DNA from: a bacterium
Lineage (GTDB): Bacteria > Hydrothermota > Tepidihabitantia > Tepidihabitantales > Tepidihabitantaceae
DNA length: 20,597 nt
NCBI GenBank assembly: GCA_046485285.1
Contig: JAWOHE010000005.1
Span: 1 to 20,597 of the forward strand
Direction of reading: 5' to 3'
The translations under genes were made by a program, and so were the position numbers. Positions 15,150-20,597 of this stretch are shown here, one piece after another (position 1 is the first letter of the stretch; each line of letters begins with the position of its first letter). The notes under the pieces are model-generated. The model was not told the DNA's origin. It saw only the letters and a program-made list of their open reading frames with translations, and made no database searches.

Positions 15150-16297
15150 GCCTGCTCTGGCTGGAACAGCAGTTCGGGGTCGTCGCGTTCCTGCTGGTGC
15201 TCGTCGGCATCGCCTTGTCGAACCTGCGGCACCTCGCGCCGCTGGTTCGTAAGCGCCTGACGCGAACGCCGCGGGTCTCGGTGCTGGTGCCGGCTCGGGA
15301 CGAGGCGGCGAACATCGAAGCGCTGGTGCGCTCGCTCGCGGCGCAGGATTACCCGGATTTCGAGGTCATTGTCCTCGACGACCGCTCGACCGACGAGACC
15401 CCGGCCCTGCTGGCCCGCCTGCAGTCTGAGCTGGCCGTGTTGCGGGTCATCACCGGCACGGAGTTGCCCGCCGGCTGGCTCGGCAAGCAATGGGCCTGCG
15501 ACCAGCTCGCGCGGGCGGCGACCGGCGAGCTCCTGCTGTTCACCGATGCCGACACGCGCCACGCCCCCGGGACCCTGTCCGCGCTGGTCGCGGCGTTCGA
15601 GGCCGGCCGACTCGACCTCCTGAGCGCGGTGCCGCGCGAGGAAACGGTCGGCTGGGCCGAGAAGCTGGTCGTGCCGGTCGTGCCCTGGGCGATACTGGCC
15701 TTCCTGCCGCTGGGCCTGGCCTACCGGTGGCGGCGGCCGGCCTTCAGCGCGGCCAACGGCCAGTTCCTCGCCTTCACCCGCGCGGCCTACGGCCGGGTCG
15801 GCGGCCACGCGGCGGTGCGGGCGAGCGTGGTCGACGACATCGCGCTGGCCCGGCGCGCGGCCGGGCTCGGCCTGCGCTGGCGGCTCTGCGACGCCCAGGA
15901 CCTTGTCCGGTGCCGGATGTACCGGACGAGCCGCGAGGTGTTCGACGGCTTCAGCAAGAACCTGTTCGGCGCGTTCGGCTACCGGCTGGCACCCTTCCTG
16001 TTCGTCTGGCTCTGGCTCGGGGTGGTGACGTTCCAGCCGCTGGTCGTGCTCGGGCGGTGGGCCGGGGGCGCGGCGACGCCGGCGCTGTCGGTCGGGCTGG
16101 CGCTGGCCGCGGTCGCTTCGGCGCTGGCGCTCTGGGGAGTGTCAAACGCGAAGTTCCGGTTTCCCTGGTACGTGACCCTCGCCTACCCGGCCGTGACCGC
16201 GCTGGCCTTCGGCATCGCGGTCAGGTCGGTCGCCCAGGCGCTGACCGGCCGCGCGCAATGGAAGGGACGCAGGCTGCCCGGCAGGGTGCGCTGGTGA
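15143..16297 (+). CDS. Glycosyltransferase family 2 (CrtQ/CruC/HpnB-like membrane lipid or carotenoid glycosyltransferase)
   Basis: Start moved to GTG 15143 (SD GAGGAG); 'VSVLVPARDE', 'VLDDRSTD', 'GWLGKQWAC', 'FTDAD', 'ANGQF', 'GGHAAVR..VVDD', 'CRMY', 'GFSKN'; terminal TM helices. Confidence 0.9.
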   Translation: MLSLLWLEQQFGVVAFLLVLVGIALSNLRHLAPLVRKRLTRTPRVSVLVPARDEAANIEALVRSLAAQDYPDFEVIVLDDRSTDETPALLARLQSELAVLRVITGTELPAGWLGKQWACDQLARAATGELLLFTDADTRHAPGTLSALVAAFEAGRLDLLSAVPREETVGWAEKLVVPVVPWAILAFLPLGLAYRWRRPAFSAANGQFLAFTRAAYGRVGGHAAVRASVVDDIALARRAAGLGLRWRLCDAQDLVRCRMYRTSREVFDGFSKNLFGAFGYRLAPFLFVWLWLGVVTFQPLVVLGRWAGGAATPALSVGLALAAVASALALWGVSNAKFRFPWYVTLAYPAVTALAFGIAVRSVAQALTGRAQWKGRRLPGRVRW

Positions 16298-16304
16298 AGC
16301 GGTA

Positions 16305-16332
16305 GTGACATCCCCGCGCCGGCCGCTAGAAT
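16305..16332 (+). promoter_or_regulatory. Putative internal sigma70 promoter upstream of tspO
   Basis: GTGACA 16305-16310, 16 bp, TAGAAT 16327-16332. Confidence 0.5.
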
Positions 16333-16401
16333 GAGGTCGCTGATGGCCGGAACCAAACGGTGTCGAAAAGGCCCGCTGGATCGAACGCAAGGAGGCCGAC
16401 A

Positions 16402-16887
16402 ATGAACAACAACGCTGTCCGGGTGCTCGTCAGCTTCGCGGTGCCGCTGCTGGCCGGGGCGCTGGGCTCGCTGGCCACGCGGCCGGCGATAACGGGCTGG
16501 TACGCGACGCTCAACAAGCCGCCGTTCAACCCGCCGGGCTGGCTCTTCGGGCCGGCCTGGACCGTGCTCTACATCCTGATGGGGCTCGCCGCATACCTCG
16601 TCTGGAGCCGCGGCCTTGCCGCGCCGGGCGTGAAACCGGCGCTGGCGCTGTTCGTGGTCCAGATGTTCCTCAACGTGCTCTGGTCGTTCCTGTTCTTCGC
16701 CGCACGCTCGCCGCTCGCCGGCTTCGTCGAAATCGTCGCGCTCTGGGCCGCAATCCTGGTCACGATGGTGCTGTTCTTCCGGGTGAGCCCGGCGGCGGGC
16801 TGGCTGATGGTGCCTTACATCGGCTGGGTCAGCTTCGCGGCGGTGCTCAACGGTGCGATTATGCTGTTGAATCGAAAGGGGGCGTAG
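16402..16887 (+). CDS. tspO: TspO/MBR-family tryptophan-rich sensory protein
   Basis: Start moved to ATG 16402 (SD AAGGAGG); 'WYATLNKPPFNPPGWLFGPAWTVLYILMG', 'LNVLWSFLFF', 'LMVPYIGWVSFA..LN'. Confidence 0.95.
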   Translation: MNNNAVRVLVSFAVPLLAGALGSLATRPAITGWYATLNKPPFNPPGWLFGPAWTVLYILMGLAAYLVWSRGLAAPGVKPALALFVVQMFLNVLWSFLFFAARSPLAGFVEIVALWAAILVTMVLFFRVSPAAGWLMVPYIGWVSFAAVLNGAIMLLNRKGA

Positions 16888-17882
16888 TGGAAGGTTTTCC
16901 AGTTCCGAGAGTCGTGTTCAGCCGGTGCCTGGGTTTCGAGGCATGCCGGTACAACGGCCAGATCATCGCTTCGGAAGCGGTCGAGCAGTTCCGGCGGTTC
17001 TTCGACTGCGTGACGCCCTGCCCGGAGAAAGACATCGGGCTGGGCGTGCCGCGCGAGCCGATAAGGATTATCCGGCAGGGCGATGTTCGGCCCGCAGGGC
17101 CAGAGCCCGCACTGCGGCTGGTCCAGCCCGCGACCGGCCGCGACGTCTCCGAGGAGATGCGCGGCTACGCCCGGGACTTCCTCGACCGCCTCGGGCCGGT
17201 CGACGGATTCGTGCTCAAGAGCCGCAGTCCGAGCTGCGGGCTTTTCGACGTCAAGCTGTTCAAGGACGAAAGCGGCCAGGCCCTGCCGACGCGGATTGCC
17301 GGGTTCTTCGGGGCGGCGGTGCTGGCGCGCTTCCCGGACGCGGCGGTCGAGGACGAGGGCCGGCTGACCAACTTCGCCATCCGGGAGCATTTCCTGACCC
17401 GGGTCTATATCTCGGCCCGGTGGCGCGAGCTGGCCGCACGGCCGACGATGGCCGGGCTGGTCAAGTTCCAGGCGGCGAACAAGCTGTTGCTGATGGCCTA
17501 CAACCAGACGAAGATGCGGGAGCTGGGCCGCATCGTTGCCAACCTCGACAAGCGGCCGGTCGGGGAGGTATTCGCGGCCTACGGCGCGAAACTGCCCGAG
17601 GCGTTCGCGCGCCAGCCGCGCTACACCTCGGCCATCAACGTGCTGATGCACGGGCTCGGGTACTTCAAGGACCGGGTCAGCCCGACCGAAAAGAAGTTCT
17701 TCCTTGCGACGCTCGAGAGTTACCGCGCGGGCCGGGTGCCGCTGAGCGCGCCCCAGAGCATCATCCGGGCCTGGGTCGCCCGGTTCGACGAGGAGTACCT
17801 CGCGGACCAGACGTTCTTCCGGCCCTACCCGGAGGAACTGCAGTTCATCAGCGACTCGGGCAAGGGCAGGAAGACGGACTAG
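16887..17882 (+). CDS. YbgA-family DUF523/DUF1722 protein (TudS-like thiouracil desulfidase domain)
   Basis: 'SRCLG...CRYNG', 'CPE..IGLGVPREPI', 'LKSRSPSCG', 'EDEGRL....IREHF' (DUF523); 'NKLLLMAYNQ', 'NVLMH..GYFK', 'YL..QTFF.PYP' (DUF1722); TAGTG overlap with tspO. Confidence 0.93.
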   Translation: MEGFPVPRVVFSRCLGFEACRYNGQIIASEAVEQFRRFFDCVTPCPEKDIGLGVPREPIRIIRQGDVRPAGPEPALRLVQPATGRDVSEEMRGYARDFLDRLGPVDGFVLKSRSPSCGLFDVKLFKDESGQALPTRIAGFFGAAVLARFPDAAVEDEGRLTNFAIREHFLTRVYISARWRELAARPTMAGLVKFQAANKLLLMAYNQTKMRELGRIVANLDKRPVGEVFAAYGAKLPEAFARQPRYTSAINVLMHGLGYFKDRVSPTEKKFFLATLESYRAGRVPLSAPQSIIRAWVARFDEEYLADQTFFRPYPEELQFISDSGKGRKTD

Positions 17883-17887
17883 CGGAA

Positions 17888-17922
17888 TTGTCGATTGACG
17901 ATTTTCGATTGGCGATTGCGGA
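17888..17922 (+). repeat. Five degenerate tandem heptamers (TTNNCGA-like)
   Basis: TTGTCGA TTGACGA TTTTCGA TTGGCGA TTGCGGA. Confidence 0.8.
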
Positions 17923-17986
17923 CCAGGGACGGAAGGGGGAGGACGGAGGGGAAAGGAAGGAAGGGGCAGGAAGGAAGGGCTGAGTG

Positions 17987-18433
17987 ATGCGGCTGTGGAG
18001 CATTCACCCCGAGTATCTCGACCGGGTCGGGCTCGTCGCGAGCTGGCGGGAGGCCCTGCTGGCCCAGGCGGTGCTCGCCGGCCGGACCCGGGGCTACCGG
18101 AACCATCCCCAGCTTGACAGGTTCAAGGCGCACCCGGCCCCGCAACGGGCGATCGCGGGCTACCTGGCCGGCATCTTCAAAGAGGCGCGGGCGCGCGGGT
18201 ACGCGTACGACCCGGGGCTGTTCGTCCGGCCCGGCCGGGTCGCGCGGATAGCGGTCAGCCGCGGCCAGTTGGCGTTCGAACTCGAGCACCTGCGGCGGAA
18301 GCTCCGCCTGCGCAGTCCGGAGTGGCACGCGTGGCTCTCGCCGACCCGGCGGCCGCGGCCGCACCCGCTGTTCTTCGCGGTCCCGGGCGGTGTGGCGGAC
18401 TGGGAGCGGGCCCCGGACCGGTTCGTTCAGTAG
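17987..18433 (+). CDS. Pyrimidine dimer DNA glycosylase / endonuclease V family protein
   Basis: 'MRLWSIHP.YLD..GLVA.WREALLAQAVL.G.TRGYRNHPQL.RF', 'EA..RGY.YD', 'GQL.FE..HL..KL..R', 'PHPLF..VPG.V..WE'. Confidence 0.92.
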   Translation: MRLWSIHPEYLDRVGLVASWREALLAQAVLAGRTRGYRNHPQLDRFKAHPAPQRAIAGYLAGIFKEARARGYAYDPGLFVRPGRVARIAVSRGQLAFELEHLRRKLRLRSPEWHAWLSPTRRPRPHPLFFAVPGGVADWERAPDRFVQ

Positions 18434-18611
18434 GACCCGGCCGACAGCTCACCGGCCTGAGCGACCGGGCCGAGTCGAGACCGCGGCCGGGGCGCGAGGG
18501 TCAGCGCCCGAGAGTGTCGGCGTCGCCGCTATCCAACTCCGCCCCAGCACCCCGGCCCGGGGCTGACCCGCACCACGGTGGGCTTCCGCCCCGGCCCGGG
18601 ACATCCGGCTC

Positions 18612-18640
18612 TTGACTCCCCGGAGTTGAGCCGGGATAAT
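18612..18640 (+). promoter_or_regulatory. Putative sigma70 promoter upstream of the hicB remnant / symporter
   Basis: TTGACT 18612-18617, 17 bp, GATAAT 18635-18640. Confidence 0.55.
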
Positions 18641-18688
18641 CCCCCGAGATGAAGCGGCGGAGATTCGCGTCCTTCAATGGTGGAGACC

Positions 18689-18802
18689 TTGACTGACTAT
18701 CACATCAACATCTTCTACAGCGACGAAGACGGCGGCTACATCGCCGACATCCCGGACCTAGACGCCCTGCTTCGACCGCGCTGCATCCACGGGCGAAGAT
18801 GA
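18689..18802 (+). pseudogene. Truncated HicB-family antitoxin remnant (37 aa)
   Basis: TTG start after GGAG; translation MTDYHINIFYSDEDGGYIADIPDLDALLRPRCIHGRR*. The first ~26 aa match the HicB-like N-terminus; the expected 'CSAFGxTxEEA' and helix are missing. Confidence 0.75.
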
Positions 18803-20187
18803 ACAACGAAACCGACGGGCGCAACCCGGTTCACCGACTGACCGCGCACCTGTGGGGCCTGGTTCGGAGCCGGCTCTGGGTCAAGATAGTAATCGGGATG
18901 GTGCTCGGGCTCGTCACCGGCCTCATCATCGGACCCGGGGTGGGCATCGTCCCGCCCGGCATCGCCCGGGTCGTCGGCGCCTGGCTGGCACTGCCCGGCC
19001 AACTTTTCCTGGCGCTGATCCAGATGATAGTAATCCCGCTCGTATTCGCGTCAATAATCATCGGCATCGCCGGTAACGAGGACCTGGAACAACTGAAGCG
19101 GGTCGGCCCCCGCATCGTCGCCTACTTCCTGGTCACGACGACGCTGGCGATTGCGCTCGGGATCGGGATGGCGACCATCATCCGGCCCGGCCGGATGATT
19201 GACGGCACGCAACTGCTCGACTCGACGGTCGAGACGGTCGAAGTTGACACGGACGAGGAACTCGGTGAAGTCGGCATCGGCGACATCCCCGGGCGGATTG
19301 TCGGTGTCCTGCCCCAGAACCCGCTCAAGGCGATGACCTCGGGCCAGATGCTCCAGGTCGTCCTGTTCGCCCTCATCTTCGGGGTTGCGCTCGCGGCATT
19401 GCCCGCAAACCGGTCCCGCTTCCTGATGCTGCCGCTGACCACACTCCAGGACGTCTGCATCCGGGTAGTCAAGTGGGCAATGCTGATTGCGCCACTGGCG
19501 GTGTTCGGACTGCTGGCCAACGTCACGGCCCAGCTCGGGTTCGACGTCCTCGCCGGGCTGGGTGTGTACATCGTGACGGTACTGCTCGGACTGCTGCTGC
19601 TGGTCGGGCTCTATATGCTCATCCTGGTGTTCGTCTCCCGGTACTCACCACGCAAGTTCCTGCGCAGCGTCCGGGAAGTACAACTCCTCGCCTTCTCCAC
19701 CGCCAGCTCGGCCGCGGTGATGCCGCTCTCAATGGAGACCGCGGAAGAGAAGCTCGGGGTACCGGCCTCGGTCGCCCGGTTCATCGTCCCGCTGGGCGCA
19801 ACCATCAACATGGACGGAACCGCCCTCTACCAGGGGGCGGCAACGGTCTTCCTCGCCCAGGTCTTCAACGTCAACATCAGCCCGCTCCAGCTCATCCTCG
19901 TCGTCGTGACGGTGGTCGGCGCCTCAATCGGCACCCCGGCGACCCCGGGTGTCGGTATCATCATTCTGGCCACGGTGCTCAGCGGAGTCGGGATCCCGCC
20001 CGAAGGCGTGGCGCTGATTATCGGCGTGGACCGAATACTCGACATGTGCCGTACCGCGGTAAACGTCACCGGCGACCTCACCGCCTGCACGGTAATGGCG
20101 CGCTGGTCCACAGGCCGCACCGGGGCGGAAGAGAAGGCAAAACGGGTACTCGAGCGCGCGGTCTCCGGCGACAAACCGGCCGAATAG
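18799..20187 (+). CDS. Dicarboxylate/amino acid:cation symporter (DAACS/SDF family)
   Basis: 'FLALIQMIVIPLVFASII.GI', 'AFSTASSAAVMP', 'PLGATINMDGTALY', 'DRILDMCRTAVNVTGD'. Confidence 0.96.
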   Translation: MNNETDGRNPVHRLTAHLWGLVRSRLWVKIVIGMVLGLVTGLIIGPGVGIVPPGIARVVGAWLALPGQLFLALIQMIVIPLVFASIIIGIAGNEDLEQLKRVGPRIVAYFLVTTTLAIALGIGMATIIRPGRMIDGTQLLDSTVETVEVDTDEELGEVGIGDIPGRIVGVLPQNPLKAMTSGQMLQVVLFALIFGVALAALPANRSRFLMLPLTTLQDVCIRVVKWAMLIAPLAVFGLLANVTAQLGFDVLAGLGVYIVTVLLGLLLLVGLYMLILVFVSRYSPRKFLRSVREVQLLAFSTASSAAVMPLSMETAEEKLGVPASVARFIVPLGATINMDGTALYQGAATVFLAQVFNVNISPLQLILVVVTVVGASIGTPATPGVGIIILATVLSGVGIPPEGVALIIGVDRILDMCRTAVNVTGDLTACTVMARWSTGRTGAEEKAKRVLERAVSGDKPAE

Positions 20188-20407
20188 CACCCTCGCCCCG
20201 GGCCTGGCCCGCCAACCCAACCCTCAGCCGCATCGGCCTGGGCGCAAAGGCGCGGAGTAACTGCTATTCTGTCACCGTGTTCCCCCTCGCCACAGCCCGA
20301 TTTCCCACAAGGCAATAATCCCTTATGGGATTCGCGGTACAACTCGCGCCTGCATCCTAAGCCGCTGGTAGTCATGTTGCTTAACCCCTATCCGAATTTC
20401 CCCCCTC

Positions 20408-20597
20408 GGTCAAGTGCCGAATTGTCTGCAAAATGAGCCGTGCCGCTGTCTGTCTTCACGATTCGTCTTCGCACTGACTCATATCGAGGTACTGGGGCTG
20501 ACCGGCCCACTCGGCCGACTGCTCCATCGCGTGGGCGGTAACCAGTCGCAAGCAGGACGCTTCGTTCGGAAACACCCGGATCACGCTGGTCCGCCGC
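20408..20597 (-). mobile_element. Right end of an IS256-family insertion sequence (truncated by window edge)
   Basis: Transposase C-terminus followed about 25 nt after the stop by a terminus reading GGTCAAGTGCCGAATTGTCTGCAAA (20408-20432, + strand), like IS256-family terminal IRs. Confidence 0.8.
20456..20596 (-). CDS. IS256-family (Mutator-like) transposase, C-terminal fragment (partial)
   Basis: Manual translation RRTSVIRVFPNEASCLRLVTAHAMEQSAEWAGQPQYLDMSQCEDES* matches the RRTxVxxxFPNxxSxLRL...W...YLDM C-terminus. Confidence 0.88.
   Translation of the reverse strand, partial: RRTSVIRVFPNEASCLRLVTAHAMEQSAEWAGQPQYLDMSQCEDES

Noticed and set aside
16349-16377. ECF sigma promoter GGAACC upstream of tspO
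   Set aside because: No CGTT/GTC-type -10 at a 16-17 bp spacing.
18551-18600. GC-rich hairpin (12/13 arms) after the glycosylase gene
   Set aside because: Could be a terminator, but it lacks a U-tract, lies about 120 nt from the stop, and such stems arise easily at this GC content.
18649-18696. 15-aa ORF MKRRRFASFNGGDLD as leader peptide or hicA remnant
   Set aside because: Too short and no recognisable HicA motif.
20317-20383. Short palindromes AATCCC-N4-GGGATT (20317-20332) and TAAGC-N16-GCTTA (20358-20383) as recombination or operator sites
   Set aside because: Arms of 5-6 bp are within chance expectation and no cognate recombinase or regulator is visible.
1-20597. Composite transposon bounded by the two IS ends
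   Set aside because: The elements belong to different families (IS481, IS256) and the cargo is largely envelope/housekeeping-like.

Overview
GC-rich DNA from a diderm bacterium (outer-membrane barrels, OmpA, five lipoproteins). Each edge carries a truncated insertion sequence that the ORF track missed: the 5' end of an IS481-family element at 1-188 and the 3' end of an IS256-family element at 20408-20597. Between them, in order: (1) an envelope operon encoding a secreted CsgG/TolB-N-like protein, an LpoB-family lipoprotein, a COG3014-like TPR lipoprotein and a YcfL/DUF1425 lipoprotein; (2) a TrmB-family regulator whose promoter overlaps interlocking palindromes with a TACT-N3-AGTA core, followed by an 86-aa lipoprotein with duplicated TonB-box-like motifs, a CBM9-like/DUF5916 outer-membrane protein and an MFS transporter; (3) a lipoprotein serpin, a small beta-barrel-like protein and a HemN-like radical SAM enzyme that looks more like a MenK-type methyltransferase than HemW; (4) a minus-strand OmpA-family protein; (5) a putative light/UV-stress cluster (secreted hypothetical, PlsY-like acyltransferase, GT2, TspO, DUF523/DUF1722, pyrimidine-dimer glycosylase); (6) a HicB antitoxin remnant overlapping the start of a DAACS amino-acid symporter. 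All family calls come from motif recognition by eye, not database searches.
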